A DNA stretch of 59,265 bases from Candidatus Saccharibacteria bacterium RIFCSPHIGHO2_12_FULL_47_16b (GCA_001790525.1 MGCU01000025.1:14576-73840), one strand, 5' to 3'. Counted from the first letter of the stretch, positions 22,761 through 33,298 are shown. Notes: generated from the sequence alone by a model not told the origin. Program-made: numbers and translations.

Positions 22761-22886
22761 TCAATGCTCAATGCTCAAAGCCCAATGTTAAATGAATGCT
22801 CAAGTAATCAATGCATTAATGAATTGAATCATTGGGTCATTGATAATTCATTGATAATTGATAATTGTGAATTGAAAATTGAAGCG
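22761..22886 (+). repeat. Heptanucleotide-periodic array in the tilS-ftsH spacer (about 18 units)
   Basis: tcaatgc|tcaatgc|tcaaagc|ccaatgt|taaatga|atgctca|agtaatc|aatgcat|taatgaa|ttgaatc|attgggt|cattgat|aattcat|tgataat|tgataat|tgtgaat|tgaaaat|tgaagcg. Confidence 0.7.
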
Positions 22887-22903
22887 AACGGAGTAAGCGC
22901 CTG

Positions 22904-24772
22904 ATGGATGGAAAACAGTTTAAGGTCGGCCCGGGCGGTGGGCCTGACAGACGGAGCCGTTTTAGGAACATCGGTTTTATTGCCCTGTTAATTCTGTTTG
23001 GCATGATTTTTTTTGCGGCTTTTCGACAGCCGACTCAACTAAAGGAAGTACCTTTTTCGCAAGTTATATCTGATGCCAATGCCGGCAAGATCAAATCCAT
23101 AACCATTAATGGCGATGAACTGCAGATAACCCGTCAAAACCAAACCAAGCCGACTGAAAAATCTTTTAAGGAAGGCGGCTCAAGCATTTTTGAGCAGGGC
23201 TTGCAACAGGGTAAGGTGGAGCTGTCCAACAAGCCCGGAGGCGGTGGCAATAGTTTCTGGCTAACCTTGGTGGCGAATGTCTTGCCGGTGATTATTATCG
23301 CCCTGATCTTGATTTTTATGTTCCGCAGCGCCCAAGGCCAAGGGCAGCAGGCTTTGAGCTTTGGCAAGAGCCGGGCCCGGCTTTATGGCACAGAGAAAGG
23401 GAAGGTGACTTTTAAGGATGTCGCCGGCACTCTTGAGGCTAAACAGGACCTTGAGGAAGTAGTGGAATTTTTGAAATACCCCAAGAAGTTTGAGGGGGTA
23501 GGGGCCAAAATTCCAAAAGGTGTGCTGTTGGTTGGTGCGCCGGGAACTGGTAAAACTTTGCTGGCCCGGGCGGTAGCTGGCGAAGCCAATGTGCCTTTCT
23601 TTAGCATCAGTGGTTCGGAATTTGTGGAGATGTTCGTTGGCGTGGGCGCCAGCCGGGTGCGCGATCTGTTTAATAAAGCTAAAAAGAACTCGCCTTGCAT
23701 CATTTTTATAGATGAGATCGACGCTGTTGGCCGTCGCCGAGGCTCTGGGATGGGCGGTGGTCATGATGAACGCGAGCAGACCTTGAATCAGATTCTGGTG
23801 GAAATGGATGGCTTTGAACAGGGTGTGAACATTATTGTGCTGGCGGCCACCAACCGCTCCGATGTACTTGATCCGGCGCTGCTGCGCCCCGGCCGTTTTG
23901 ACCGCAAAGTCACCATCGATCTGCCAGACCGCAAGGACCGTCGGGCCATTTTAGAAACTCACTTTAAAGATAAACCAGTTGGCAAAGACGTCGATTTGGA
24001 AGCTTTGGCCGCCAAAACGGCCGGTTCATCTGGGGCTGATCTAGCTAATATCGCCAACGAGGCAGCCATTATCGCCGCGCGCCAAAATCGCAAAGTTATT
24101 GAGGACGGCGATGTGGTGGCGGCTTTTGAAAAGGTGGCCATTGGGCCAGAGCGCAAAAGCAAGATTTTGAGCGAGAAAGAGAAGGAATTGACGGCTTACC
24201 ACGAGGCCGGCCACGCCGTGGTTGGCCATGTATTGCCGGATAGCGACATGGTCCATAAAGTAACAATTATCCAGCGCGGCCCCACCGGCGGTGTAACCTG
24301 GTTTATTCCACCGGAGGACAAGAGTTATCACAGCATTATCGAATTTAAAGATGTGCTGGCTCGAATGCTGGGTGGCCGGATAGCCGAAGAGCTGGTTTAT
24401 GGGCCGGATAGGGTAACTACCGGGGCTGGTAATGACCTGCAAAAAGCCGCCGAGCTGGCCCGTGATATGGTGGTTAACCAAGGCATGGGCAAGGGCCTGC
24501 GCGACCAAGTATTTCACGTTGATGAGGGAATGATGATCGAACGGCTAGTCCACGAACGCGAATACTCTGATGATACAGCCAAACTGATTGATGATGAGGT
24601 GGAGGGCTTGATTAAAGAAGCCGGCCAGCGAGCTCGGGTGGTTTTGAAGGCCAACATGAAGAAACTTGAAGAGTTGAAAAATGAACTGCTGGCCAAAGAA
24701 ACACTGGAGGCTGAAGAGGTTATCAAAGTCCTCGAGGGCTCGACAATGCCCAAAGAAGCCACACTGTATTAG
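22904..24772 (+). CDS. ftsH: ATP-dependent zinc metalloprotease FtsH
   Basis: Two TM segments, AAA+ Walker [15 protein letters not shown] region, and the HEAGHAV zinc motif. Confidence 0.96.
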   Translation: MDGKQFKVGPGGGPDRRSRFRNIGFIALLILFGMIFFAAFRQPTQLKEVPFSQVISDANAGKIKSITINGDELQITRQNQTKPTEKSFKEGGSSIFEQGLQQGKVELSNKPGGGGNSFWLTLVANVLPVIIIALILIFMFRSAQGQGQQALSFGKSRARLYGTEKGKVTFKDVAGTLEAKQDLEEVVEFLKYPKKFEGVGAKIPKGVLLVGAPGTGKTLLARAVAGEANVPFFSISGSEFVEMFVGVGASRVRDLFNKAKKNSPCIIFIDEIDAVGRRRGSGMGGGHDEREQTLNQILVEMDGFEQGVNIIVLAATNRSDVLDPALLRPGRFDRKVTIDLPDRKDRRAILETHFKDKPVGKDVDLEALAAKTAGSSGADLANIANEAAIIAARQNRKVIEDGDVVAAFEKVAIGPERKSKILSEKEKELTAYHEAGHAVVGHVLPDSDMVHKVTIIQRGPTGGVTWFIPPEDKSYHSIIEFKDVLARMLGGRIAEELVYGPDRVTTGAGNDLQKAAELARDMVVNQGMGKGLRDQVFHVDEGMMIERLVHEREYSDDTAKLIDDEVEGLIKEAGQRARVVLKANMKKLEELKNELLAKETLEAEEVIKVLEGSTMPKEATLY

Positions 24773-24830
24773 GGTCTAGGGTTTAGTTTTTTCGACGCTC
24801 TTTTCCCTTAATTTTTGTAAAATAGGGTTA

Positions 24831-25529
24831 ATGGGAATCAAAAAAATTTATGTGGTTGCTTGTTTGCACGGTGATGAGCCGTTTGGTTTGAAAGTTCTAG
24901 CTCATCTAAGACAGGTTGGTGATGAGCGGATAATAAGGCAAGTTGGACATCCGGAAGCCCTAGCCAAACGCAAGGAATTTCTAGAGGCTAATCTCAACCG
25001 TAGTTTTGACCCGGATGCGCCGCCATCAAAAGAAGCCCGAATCGCCAAGCACATCCTAAGAGATATAAAAACCCACCAGCCAGACCTAATCCTTGATATC
25101 CATACAGCCGAGTGCGCGGTCGGCAAAAGCGCTATCATTTGCCAGATTAACAGGCAATGCCTTGATATCGTCAAACGGCTCGGTATGGACTATGTTTTTG
25201 AGAATGTGCCGAGTATCAGCCGTCAAAATTTGGTCGGCCAGAATCCGGATAAGTCAATTATTTTGGAATTTGGCCGCGGCTGGCGATCGGATCAACTGGC
25301 GCTATCAATGGCCCACAAAATCGCCGATCTACTCAAAGATAAGCCTGTGCCTAAGAAAAAACTAAAAGTCTATTCCAAAACGCGTTGTATCGAAAATAAG
25401 GAAGCCGCTGGACTGAAACTCGAGAACTATGTCTTTAATAAGCAACTTGGCGGCTATCCGTATCTTGTGGGCAATAATACTTACACCGAATACGTCGGCT
25501 TCCTCGCCCAAAAAGAAACTTTACTATAA
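24831..25529 (+). CDS. Succinylglutamate desuccinylase/aspartoacylase (AstE/AspA) family zinc hydrolase
   Basis: VVACLHGDEPFG (H-x-x-E zinc site), ...NLNRSF..., ...LDIHT... Family-level call only. Confidence 0.55.
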   Translation: MGIKKIYVVACLHGDEPFGLKVLAHLRQVGDERIIRQVGHPEALAKRKEFLEANLNRSFDPDAPPSKEARIAKHILRDIKTHQPDLILDIHTAECAVGKSAIICQINRQCLDIVKRLGMDYVFENVPSISRQNLVGQNPDKSIILEFGRGWRSDQLALSMAHKIADLLKDKPVPKKKLKVYSKTRCIENKEAAGLKLENYVFNKQLGGYPYLVGNNTYTEYVGFLAQKETLL

Positions 25530-25540
25530 ACTGCTCATGC

Positions 25541-25568
25541 TTGCAAGATAGTGAAAAAGGGGTAAGAT
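25541..25568 (+). promoter_or_regulatory. Sigma-70-type promoter with an extended upstream motif shared with the 32409 promoter
   Basis: CTGCTCATGCTTGCAAGATAG (25531-25551) contains the -35 TTGCAA. N16 spacer, then TAAGAT. AAGGAG lies 5 nt before the ATG at 25596. Confidence 0.45.
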
Positions 25569-25595
25569 ATTAAACTATACAATTAAGGAGTGAAT

Positions 25596-26510
25596 ATGAG
25601 CATTATTAGTAGGAGTCAAGAAGCTGTTGCTTTGGCAGAACATACAGGACAAAGAACAGCTGGCGATCTCACTCGAGAGGCTATAGACGGTGTAATGACC
25701 GATTTAAGTGATGTATTAGCACAGGATAATTTTGTAGGTGATCCCGAAACAGCCCTGGTCCATCATTTTGGCGAAGACGTCTTTACCGACGATGAGTTAG
25801 CTAAACCATACCAAGACTTAATTGCTCGTATCAATGCTCAAGAAAAAGGACTAGTCCCGGTATTAATAGACTCTGCAGATATTGATGAGGTAGGGAATTC
25901 TTTACGTCGTCGAACATCACTTAGCATTATCCACAATGGGGATTTAACATTTTCCTCTAGTAGGGTTCGCCGAGAGGGCGTAAAAATGCATGGTTTTTCA
26001 GACGCAACCGCAGCAGTGACAGACAGCAAACTTGCGATTGTTAGAAATCCCAAAAGTGACCGCGTTGTTTCAGCTATGGTTTTGGAGGGCACTGCTCAGT
26101 TTGATGATAGTTTACTTAGGCCGGGTGATTCACAATTACCAAAATACCCAAGCGTTGAATCGAGCGAAGAACTGGTTTTAAGAGAAACCACTATAGCGGA
26201 TGATGGACACGGTGTTGGCATGCCAAGTGCATATTACTTTACTAATACTTACGATGAAGTCTTGCAGGCTGAAAGAACACCTCAAGTCCTAGTGGGCTGG
26301 GAAGAGATACAAGAAGCACTTCTACGTAGAATTACTGGAGGCGGAGGCGAGCAAGAGGCCTTTCGTATAGATGGGTATTTTGTGCGAGCTCACGATTCCG
26401 GATTGGTTAGTCTAGCTCCTAGTATGCCCGAAAAAGCCCCACATTTAAGTGAGGTCCTGGCTGCGGTACGATCTGTCCGTAATACTATAAGCAGATTTAC
26501 CGAGACATAA
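25596..26510 (+). CDS. Hypothetical protein (orphan, acidic)
   Basis: 304 aa. The ATG preceded by AAGGAG is preferred over the GTG at 25590. No motif recognised. Confidence 0.55.
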   Translation: MSIISRSQEAVALAEHTGQRTAGDLTREAIDGVMTDLSDVLAQDNFVGDPETALVHHFGEDVFTDDELAKPYQDLIARINAQEKGLVPVLIDSADIDEVGNSLRRRTSLSIIHNGDLTFSSSRVRREGVKMHGFSDATAAVTDSKLAIVRNPKSDRVVSAMVLEGTAQFDDSLLRPGDSQLPKYPSVESSEELVLRETTIADDGHGVGMPSAYYFTNTYDEVLQAERTPQVLVGWEEIQEALLRRITGGGGEQEAFRIDGYFVRAHDSGLVSLAPSMPEKAPHLSEVLAAVRSVRNTISRFTET

Positions 26511-26517
26511 TCGTCTT

Positions 26518-28050
26518 TTATTCCCACTCGATGGTGCCGGGGGGTTTGGAGGTGACATCGTAAACCACGCGGTTGATGCCACGAACCTCGCTAACTATCC
26601 GGCCAGAGATTTTTTCGAGCAGTTCGGGTGGCAGTTTGGCCCAATCAGCCGTCATACCATCGTTTGATTCAACAGCTCTAATGGCAACCACTTGCTCGTA
26701 AGTTCGGCCGTCGCCCATCACGCCGACTGATTTGACCGGTAATAAGACGGCAAAATACTGCCACAATTTTTCGTGAGCTTTGGCCTTAATGACCTCTTCG
26801 CGGACGATGGCATCAGCTTGGCGCAGCAGCTCCAATGCTTCAGGCGTAACTTCGCCAATTATCCGTACCGCCAAGCCGGGGCCGGGGAAAGGTTGACGGC
26901 CGGTTATTACATCCGGCAGGCCGAGCGCCTTGCCAATAACTCGGACTTCGTCTTTAAAGAGGTCGCGCAGCGGTTCGAGCAGTTTCAACTTCATTTTTTC
27001 CGGCAAGCCACCGACGTTGTGGTGGGATTTGATGGTTACTGATGGGCCGTGAACTGAAACCGATTCAATTACATCCGGGTAAAGCGTGCCTTGGACTAAA
27101 AATTTAACGTCCTTTATTTTGGCAGCCTCGGCTTCAAAAACCTTGATAAACTCCCGGCCGATGATTTTGCGCTTGGCCTCAGGATCGATAACGCCTTTTA
27201 ACTGATTCAAGAATTGGGCTTTGGCGTCGACTGCTTTAACATTCAGGCCGACACTTTTATAAATCGCCAGAACTTCTTCAAATTCGTCCTGTCTAAGCAA
27301 GCCCGTTTCAACGAAAATGCAGGTTTGGCGCTCACCGATGGCTTGGTTGACTAGAGTGGCGGCTACCGATGAATCAACACCGCCAGACAGGGCACAGACA
27401 ATATTAGCGTCGCCAACCAGTTGTTTAATATTAGCCGTCGTTTCCTCAATGAACGATTTTGAGCTCCAATCAAACCTAAAGCCGCAGGTTTTTAAGAAAG
27501 ATTTAAGGATGTCGCGGCCGTGTTCGGTATGGCTGACCTCGGGATGAAATTGCAGGCCGAAAAGTTTCCGATTGGTATCTTCAACGGCACAGATGATATC
27601 GCCGCTTTTGGCTGTAACCGCAAAACCTTTTGGCACCATGGCCACATGATCGCCGTGGCTCATCCAAGCGCGGCTGCCATCAACTTTGGCTGGTAGTAAA
27701 GTGCTTTTGCCAGTTAGTTTTAGCTTAGCTAGACCGTATTCGCGTTGGTGAGCCGGCGCGACTTTGCCGCCAAGGTTCAGAGCGAACAGCTGCAGGCCAT
27801 AACAGATGCCGAGAATCGGTACTCCCAGTTCAAGCAGTTTTCTATCAAGGCTCGGCGCACCCTTTCCATAAACCGAGTTTGGGCCGCCGGATAATACAAT
27901 TCCCATTGGGTTAAGCTTTTTAATTTCGGCCAGCGGTTTATTAAACGGCAAAATAACACTGTAAACACCTAGTTCGCGGACGCGACGGCCGATTAACTGG
28001 GTGTACTGCGAACCGTAGTCGAGAATGACGAGGGTTTCGTGCTCGCCCAT
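26518..28050 (-). CDS. guaA: GMP synthase (glutamine-hydrolysing)
   Basis: GATase [23 protein letters not shown]...[11 protein letters not shown]-PPase SGGVDSSV, C-terminal ...PPGTIEWE. The start is taken at [13 protein letters not shown] (28050), 4 nt after the guaB stop. Confidence 0.93.
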   Translation of the reverse strand: MGEHETLVILDYGSQYTQLIGRRVRELGVYSVILPFNKPLAEIKKLNPMGIVLSGGPNSVYGKGAPSLDRKLLELGVPILGICYGLQLFALNLGGKVAPAHQREYGLAKLKLTGKSTLLPAKVDGSRAWMSHGDHVAMVPKGFAVTAKSGDIICAVEDTNRKLFGLQFHPEVSHTEHGRDILKSFLKTCGFRFDWSSKSFIEETTANIKQLVGDANIVCALSGGVDSSVAATLVNQAIGERQTCIFVETGLLRQDEFEEVLAIYKSVGLNVKAVDAKAQFLNQLKGVIDPEAKRKIIGREFIKVFEAEAAKIKDVKFLVQGTLYPDVIESVSVHGPSVTIKSHHNVGGLPEKMKLKLLEPLRDLFKDEVRVIGKALGLPDVITGRQPFPGPGLAVRIIGEVTPEALELLRQADAIVREEVIKAKAHEKLWQYFAVLLPVKSVGVMGDGRTYEQVVAIRAVESNDGMTADWAKLPPELLEKISGRIVSEVRGINRVVYDVTSKPPGTIEWE

Positions 28051-28054
28051 GGCT

Positions 28055-29194
28055 TTAATACAGGTTCCCTCCGGTGTCGGTGATAAACAGGTCATGCGGG
28101 TGGCTTTCGATCAACGAAGCTTGAGTAATCTGGATAAATTTGGCCTTGCGCGCCAGTTCCGGGATAGTTTTAGCGCCAACATAGTACATGCCCGATTGCA
28201 GACCGCCAGTCATCTGGGCAACTATATCTTTGAGTGGTCCATGAAGCGGTACCATACCTTCGACCCCTTCGGCAATTAGGACTTCGCCGCTGTATTTTTT
28301 GCCGTGGAATTCATCTTCCGAGCTAATGGCGATGCCTCGCTTCATCGCGGCTAATGAGCCCATGCCACGGTACTGTTTAAAGTCGTACATTTTTTCGCCT
28401 TTAATAATACTTCTAAAGCGGGCTGGCACGTCCTCTGGCTTAAGATGGACAATTTGGCCTGGCGACTCCTCGGTAGCGGCGAACAACCGCCCCAGCATGA
28501 CTGTGCTGGCACCAGCCGCCAGGGCTTTAGTGATATCGCCGGAATTGATAATGCCGCCATCAGCAATTACTGGAACATTGTGTTTTCTAGCGACTTCGGT
28601 GGCTCCGAAAATGGCTGTAATCTGTGGTACGCCCATGCCGGAAATTATGCGGGTCGAGCAAATGGCGCCCGGGCCCATACCGACCCTTAGGCCGTCGGCA
28701 CCGGCTTTGATTAAACCTTCGGCCCCTTCGGCCGTGGCGACGTTGCCGGCAATTACTGGCAATTTAGGATATTTTCGCTTAATGGCTTTAAGCGCCTGCA
28801 AAACTTGCTTGGAAAAACCGTGGGCCGAATCAATTAAGATAACGTCAACACCGGCTTCAACCAGAGCATTAACCCGGTTCTCATAACCAGCGCTGGAACC
28901 GACGGCTGCACCGACTAGGAGTCCTTGGGACTTAACCTTTTTTACTTCTTTAGCTTGGTTAGCAATTGTCAAATTGCGGTGAATAAAACCAAAGCCGCCC
29001 AGTTTGGCTAGGGCAATGGCTAATTCACTCTCGGTAACAGTATCCATTGGCGAGGAAACCAGCGGAATATCGAGCTTTATATCGCGAGTTAAATTGGTTT
29101 TTAGAGAAATTTCGGATCTAAAAAACCCGGCCTGGCCGGGACTTAGTAGGACGTCGTTGAATGTTAAAGCAAGGGATGCCTTTACCATGTCCAA
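28055..29194 (-). CDS. guaB: IMP dehydrogenase, short form lacking the CBS (Bateman) subdomain
   Basis: [11 protein letters not shown]..., catalytic loop GIGPGSICTTR-like ([11 protein letters not shown]), GGI.NSGDI.KALAAGA. The sequence goes directly from ...[10 protein letters not shown] to GLLVGAAVG with no about-120-aa CBS pair. Confidence 0.9.
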   Translation of the reverse strand: MDMVKASLALTFNDVLLSPGQAGFFRSEISLKTNLTRDIKLDIPLVSSPMDTVTESELAIALAKLGGFGFIHRNLTIANQAKEVKKVKSQGLLVGAAVGSSAGYENRVNALVEAGVDVILIDSAHGFSKQVLQALKAIKRKYPKLPVIAGNVATAEGAEGLIKAGADGLRVGMGPGAICSTRIISGMGVPQITAIFGATEVARKHNVPVIADGGIINSGDITKALAAGASTVMLGRLFAATEESPGQIVHLKPEDVPARFRSIIKGEKMYDFKQYRGMGSLAAMKRGIAISSEDEFHGKKYSGEVLIAEGVEGMVPLHGPLKDIVAQMTGGLQSGMYYVGAKTIPELARKAKFIQITQASLIESHPHDLFITDTGGNLY

Positions 29195-29419
29195 TTATAA
29201 CACACATCTCGCACCGCTGTCCTGCCAACCGGCGCAGCCGGCCGCACCGACGGCTCTTGGTACATTACGGCGTCAGAGCCTGTGGTACTCCTTCAACGTA
29301 CTTTCCTGTACGCCTCTAGTAAAGTTCCTCGGCTCTTCCTTGTACTGCACCCAAGTGCGAAATGCGTAGCTATATAAGCAATGGCAACAAACTACTCCTT
29401 GACAGTGTAAAATGTAAAT

Positions 29420-30454
29420 GTGGCAATAGATAGAATCGTGAATACGGCTGGCCCGGATCCAGTCGATGATGTTGAGAAAGAGTTTGAGCAGACGCTTAGA
29501 CCGCGCGACTTTGTTAACTATGTTGGTCAGGAGCGGATTAAGAGAAACTTAAAATTGGCAATTTCGGCTGCCAAAAAACGGGGCGAGCCGATTGATCACA
29601 TTTTGCTTTACGGCCCGCCGGGCCTCGGTAAGACCACCTTAGCAACGGTGGTAGCTAATGAAATGGGCGCCCAGATTAAGGTGACGTCCGGCCCAGCGAT
29701 TGAGCGGGCCGGCGATCTGGCCTCACTTCTAACCAATCTCCAAGATGGCGATATTTTGTTCATTGACGAAATCCATCACCTTAATCGTGTTATCGAAGAG
29801 GTTCTCTATGCCGCCATGGAAGATTTTAAGCTCGACATTATGCTCGGCAAAGGACCAAGTGCCAGAAGTTTGCGTCTCGATCTGCCCAGATTTACGATTA
29901 TTGGTGCCACCACCCGAACCGGCTTACTGGCCGCACCATTGCGTGACCGCTTTGGCATGATTCACCGATTAGAGTTTTATAAGCCCGACGAGATTAAGCA
30001 GATTATCAAACGTTCGGCCGGGATACTGAAAGTAAAAATTGACGACAAGTCCGCCGGCATTTTGGCTCAAAGGGCGCGGCTGACGCCAAGGATTGCCAAC
30101 CGCCTGCTTAAACGAGTCCGCGATTATGCCGATATCAACGGCGACGGCATAATTGATGAAAAGACAGCCTTCAAAGCCCTGGAGCTTTTGGAGATTGACG
30201 AACTGGGCCTAGATCCGGCCGATCGTCAATTTATGGAAGCCATGATAAAGCACTATAAAGGCGGGCCGGTCGGCGTCAACACTATGAGCGCTTTAATTGC
30301 CGAAGAGCGTAGTACGATTGAGGATTTTTATGAACCTTATCTAATGCAAATTGGCCTGCTGGAGCGTACACCGCGCGGCCGCAAAGTTACGCCCAAAGCC
30401 TGGCAACACCTTGGCAAAAAACCTTCCGGCAAAAAACAAGCGGAGCTGCTTTAA
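29420..30454 (+). CDS. ruvB: Holliday junction branch migration DNA helicase RuvB
   Basis: GTG start. LRPRDF..YVGQE..K.NL, Walker [23 protein letters not shown], and the C-terminal winged helix. Confidence 0.94.
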   Translation: MAIDRIVNTAGPDPVDDVEKEFEQTLRPRDFVNYVGQERIKRNLKLAISAAKKRGEPIDHILLYGPPGLGKTTLATVVANEMGAQIKVTSGPAIERAGDLASLLTNLQDGDILFIDEIHHLNRVIEEVLYAAMEDFKLDIMLGKGPSARSLRLDLPRFTIIGATTRTGLLAAPLRDRFGMIHRLEFYKPDEIKQIIKRSAGILKVKIDDKSAGILAQRARLTPRIANRLLKRVRDYADINGDGIIDEKTAFKALELLEIDELGLDPADRQFMEAMIKHYKGGPVGVNTMSALIAEERSTIEDFYEPYLMQIGLLERTPRGRKVTPKAWQHLGKKPSGKKQAELL

Positions 30455-30455
30455 G

Positions 30456-31031
30456 ATGCCGCCAAATAAGCCAGCCGATCGCCTGACGTTTAGTACCTCC
30501 GAAGATCTGATGGAGCCGGGCGAGAAACTGCTAATGGTTGTTCGCCGTCACATTATTGGTATGGTGCTTGTCTACCTGGAGGCTTTTATCGGTGTGGTAG
30601 CGATAATCGCCCTCTTTGCCACGGTGGCGCCCCAAACGTTTGAGGACCTATCTAAGCAGGGTAATCGCTGGTTAATTGCCGGCATTGTTTTTGGCCTGGC
30701 CGTGCTGGTCTTCTTTTTATTTGTAGCCACCTATGTTTACCGACTCAATCGACTTTTGATAACTGACCGCAGCTTGGTTCAGATTACTTATAAAACCTTG
30801 TTTATCAGACAAATTGCGCGGCTTAACTTTGAGAACGTCGAGGACGTTAATGCCGAAGAACGGGGCATCCTGCCGACAATTTTTAACTATGGCACGCTGA
30901 CTGTTCAAACCGCCGGGACGCTGGAGAATTTTATCTTCAAATATTGTCCGAATCCCAGCCACTATGCCGACATCATCGTTGAGGCCCGCCGCGAATATCT
31001 GCAAAAATTCAAAGTCCCGCTGCACGAATAA
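30456..31031 (+). CDS. Membrane protein with bacterial PH (bPH_2/YdbT-like) domain
   Basis: The ATG one nt after the ruvB stop is preferred. It has a two-TM hairpin followed by ...LITDRSLVQITYKTLF...NYGTLTVQTAG..., the YdbS/YdbT PH-domain pattern. Confidence 0.55.
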   Translation: MPPNKPADRLTFSTSEDLMEPGEKLLMVVRRHIIGMVLVYLEAFIGVVAIIALFATVAPQTFEDLSKQGNRWLIAGIVFGLAVLVFFLFVATYVYRLNRLLITDRSLVQITYKTLFIRQIARLNFENVEDVNAEERGILPTIFNYGTLTVQTAGTLENFIFKYCPNPSHYADIIVEARREYLQKFKVPLHE

Positions 31032-31049
31032 ACTAGCTATAATACACTT

Positions 31050-32066
31050 ATGGTTAGAAACCAGAGCGGGATTGGGCATCTTGTTTTATTTCTTTTAGTG
31101 TTGGTTGTGGCTGTTGGCGGTCTGATCGGTTTGCGAGTAATCAGTAGCGACAAAAAGTCCGAAAGTAGTTCATCAGCTGCCTCAAGTCAGACCAGTGCAG
31201 ACAAGCAGTCAGGCAAAATAGATAAAATCGACAGCTCCAAACTGGCTTTTGATAAACCGGCGGCCACCAGCGATCCCTTCAACGATAAAAAAGGTCCGTT
31301 TTACCATGATGTTTACGTGGCTAGCTCGACTGACGGAGTACATTTCTCCAATTCTCAGCAGCAGATTATCAGTAAAGCTTCAGTGCCAGATGCTATCAAA
31401 CTGCCTTCCGGCCAGTTGGTAATCTATGCCGTTGATGGCGGCCAGCGATCTGTTTCCGGACTGCTAGTTGCCGTGTCTGAAGATAACGGTAAAACTTGGC
31501 AGGCCGGTTCGCTGCAGGTCAAAACTTCCAGAACTGCCTATAGCGTTGGCGCCGACCCCCAAGTTCTGCTGACTGATGATGGTAAACTAAGGCTTTATTA
31601 TCTGGTTTTTACCGGTCCGCCAACTTCCGGACAACCGCCGGCTTCAGTCAACAAGGTCTATAGCGCTACATCGACTGACGGCATCAACTTTACCGAAGAG
31701 CAGGGAGTCCGTTTTGAATACGCCCAAATCACCGATCCGGATGTGATCAAGATTGGGGCGACTTGGTTCATGTATGCTGCGCAGGGATCAACGCAAATTT
31801 ATGCGACTTCCAGCGACGGCTCGAGTTTCACCTACAAGGGCGTGACTCGCCAAAAGGGCTCGGTCTCCAAAACGGTTGCTCTGTCTGATGGTAAATACCG
31901 ACAGTTTTATTGCGCCGATGGTATTAGCAGCTCGGCGACAGCGGATGGAGTGAGCTGGACAGATGAAGGTGTTAATCTGGCAGTGGCTGGTAAAATCATC
32001 TGCGATCCATCGCCGGTCCAGCTAGCAGCCGACAACTGGCTTTTGGTTTACAAACTCGCCAATTAG
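31050..32066 (+). CDS. Membrane-anchored BNR/Asp-box repeat beta-propeller protein (sialidase/glycosidase-like fold)
   Basis: N-terminal TM and Ser-rich linker. Repeated S-x-D-G-x-x-(F/W) boxes: SSTDGVHFS, SEDNGKTWQ, STDGINFT, SSDGSSFT, TADGVSWT. Confidence 0.6.
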   Translation: MVRNQSGIGHLVLFLLVLVVAVGGLIGLRVISSDKKSESSSSAASSQTSADKQSGKIDKIDSSKLAFDKPAATSDPFNDKKGPFYHDVYVASSTDGVHFSNSQQQIISKASVPDAIKLPSGQLVIYAVDGGQRSVSGLLVAVSEDNGKTWQAGSLQVKTSRTAYSVGADPQVLLTDDGKLRLYYLVFTGPPTSGQPPASVNKVYSATSTDGINFTEEQGVRFEYAQITDPDVIKIGATWFMYAAQGSTQIYATSSDGSSFTYKGVTRQKGSVSKTVALSDGKYRQFYCADGISSSATADGVSWTDEGVNLAVAGKIICDPSPVQLAADNWLLVYKLAN

Positions 32067-32073
32067 CTCATGT

Positions 32074-32101
32074 TTGCTATTAGGCATTGACTTTGTATAA
32101 T
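32074..32101 (+). promoter_or_regulatory. Sigma-70-type promoter positioned for a leaderless transcript
   Basis: TTGCTA-N16-TATAAT, then 8 nt to the ATG at 32110. Confidence 0.4.
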
Positions 32102-32109
32102 TGGCGAAT

Positions 32110-32385
32110 ATGACGCTAGAGATGCCTTTTGGAGAGAACCCTTTTGTCAATCCGGAAGCTGATACTCTAGGTCCCGACGACTGGGGAATCGAGGACTGGC
32201 TTGTTGAAGGACTACCTACAGCTTCAGAGCGGCTAGGATTAATCAAGGGCGGATTAGGACCAACTGGTACAGAAACTACACTTGTGATAGACGAGCGGGT
32301 AAATCGTCCGACAGACAGCCTTAATGAATCAGAGAGAAGAGAAATTACCAAGTTATTGCTATCGAAGATTGAGTTAGGTGGATAA
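32110..32385 (+). CDS. Hypothetical acidic small protein (orphan)
   Basis: The ATG at 32110 is preferred over the TTG at 32101 because of promoter geometry. 91 aa, no motif. Confidence 0.4.
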   Translation: MTLEMPFGENPFVNPEADTLGPDDWGIEDWLVEGLPTASERLGLIKGGLGPTGTETTLVIDERVNRPTDSLNESERREITKLLLSKIELGG

Positions 32386-32408
32386 AGCTTCTTAAGCTCT
32401 GCTCATAC

Positions 32409-32437
32409 TTGCAAAATTAGCCACTAACTTGTATAAT
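32409..32437 (+). promoter_or_regulatory. Near-consensus sigma-70 promoter positioned for a leaderless transcript
   Basis: TTGCAA-N17-TATAAT, then 7 nt to the ATG at 32445. The upstream motif CTGCTCATACTTGCAAAATTAG is shared with 25531. Confidence 0.5.
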
Positions 32438-32444
32438 ATTAACA

Positions 32445-32882
32445 ATGACCAGCCCTGAAGCTTCAATATCCGAACCGCAAGTCCCTGCTTGGGTTGATGA
32501 GTTATATTATCGTCTACTCGACGAAGGACATGCATTTAAGGCAATAGTCATATCGCCGCATCAGCCTGTTAGCCGAAAGCAAAGACAGTATAATGCTGGT
32601 TTATATGATTACGACGGCGAGCCCTTACCATACGCTTCAGAAAGCGATGCGCACTATGCAGAGCAATACAGAAAAATTGTTGATGGCACCATCAAGCTTC
32701 ATGGCGAAGATTTTGTTAAAGTAATCCCATTACCATCAGAATTTAATACCATCGATCCTAAATACCGCCATAGCGAGCATCGTCTATTAATGATCGGATG
32801 CTCTCCTGTCCGCGGGTGGATAGAAAATGCACTTTCAGAGCGCCCCCGCAGCCCCTCGGAAGTACTTAATAACGGTGCCTAA
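32445..32882 (+). CDS. Hypothetical protein (orphan)
   Basis: 145-codon ORF directly behind the promoter. No motif. Confidence 0.5.
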   Translation: MTSPEASISEPQVPAWVDELYYRLLDEGHAFKAIVISPHQPVSRKQRQYNAGLYDYDGEPLPYASESDAHYAEQYRKIVDGTIKLHGEDFVKVIPLPSEFNTIDPKYRHSEHRLLMIGCSPVRGWIENALSERPRSPSEVLNNGA

Positions 32883-32899
32883 AGCCCTAAAATATTACT

Positions 32900-33298
32900 A
32901 TGCCTAGACCACCGGAGTTTGAGGAAGCCTTAGATATCGGGGACCTTTGCGATGATGTCTTTCAGCGCGCCTACGAACTGTACAGAGATGGTAAAGATGT
33001 CATAGACTCCTCTAGTCAGGTCGAAGCCATCCGTCTACAAGTATCTTATACGACAAATAATCTGATTGTCAGTCGCCCGTGCTTAGGTTTTGAGAGTGAT
33101 GTTGCTTATTGGATTGATGCAAGCACTTCCGGTTTTGAGGATGGGCTTTTAGCTCTGTTGGTTGATGATCCGGATACGTTGTTTAAGACTGATTCAGATG
33201 GTATGCTGACAGGCCCAGCGCTGCATCCAGCAGATATCCCAGCAATTTGGGACTTACTGCAAAATGGCGAGATAGTCCCAACCGGTGATAACGTCTAG
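32900..33298 (+). CDS. Hypothetical acidic protein (orphan)
   Basis: 132-codon ORF. TAAAAT lies 6 nt upstream of the ATG and there is no SD. Confidence 0.45.
   Translation: MPRPPEFEEALDIGDLCDDVFQRAYELYRDGKDVIDSSSQVEAIRLQVSYTTNNLIVSRPCLGFESDVAYWIDASTSGFEDGLLALLVDDPDTLFKTDSDGMLTGPALHPADIPAIWDLLQNGEIVPTGDNV

Noticed and set aside
23134-24762. Multiple antisense ORFs (up to 167 codons) inside ftsH. Similar ones occur inside guaA, guaB, carB, pilB and rny.
   Set aside because: All are nested in strongly supported genes and have compositionally biased translations.
29195-29419. Attempt to identify the guaB leader, and the spacers at 2801-2967 and 53242-53467, as SRP RNA, 6S RNA, or a purine, ZTP or c-di-GMP riboswitch.
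   Set aside because: None of the conserved cores I can recall (for example GGAAGCAGCC of SRP domain IV, the purine-riboswitch loop motifs, the ZTP CCGGGC/CCGCCTGGGC pseudoknot) is present. This needs a covariance-model search.
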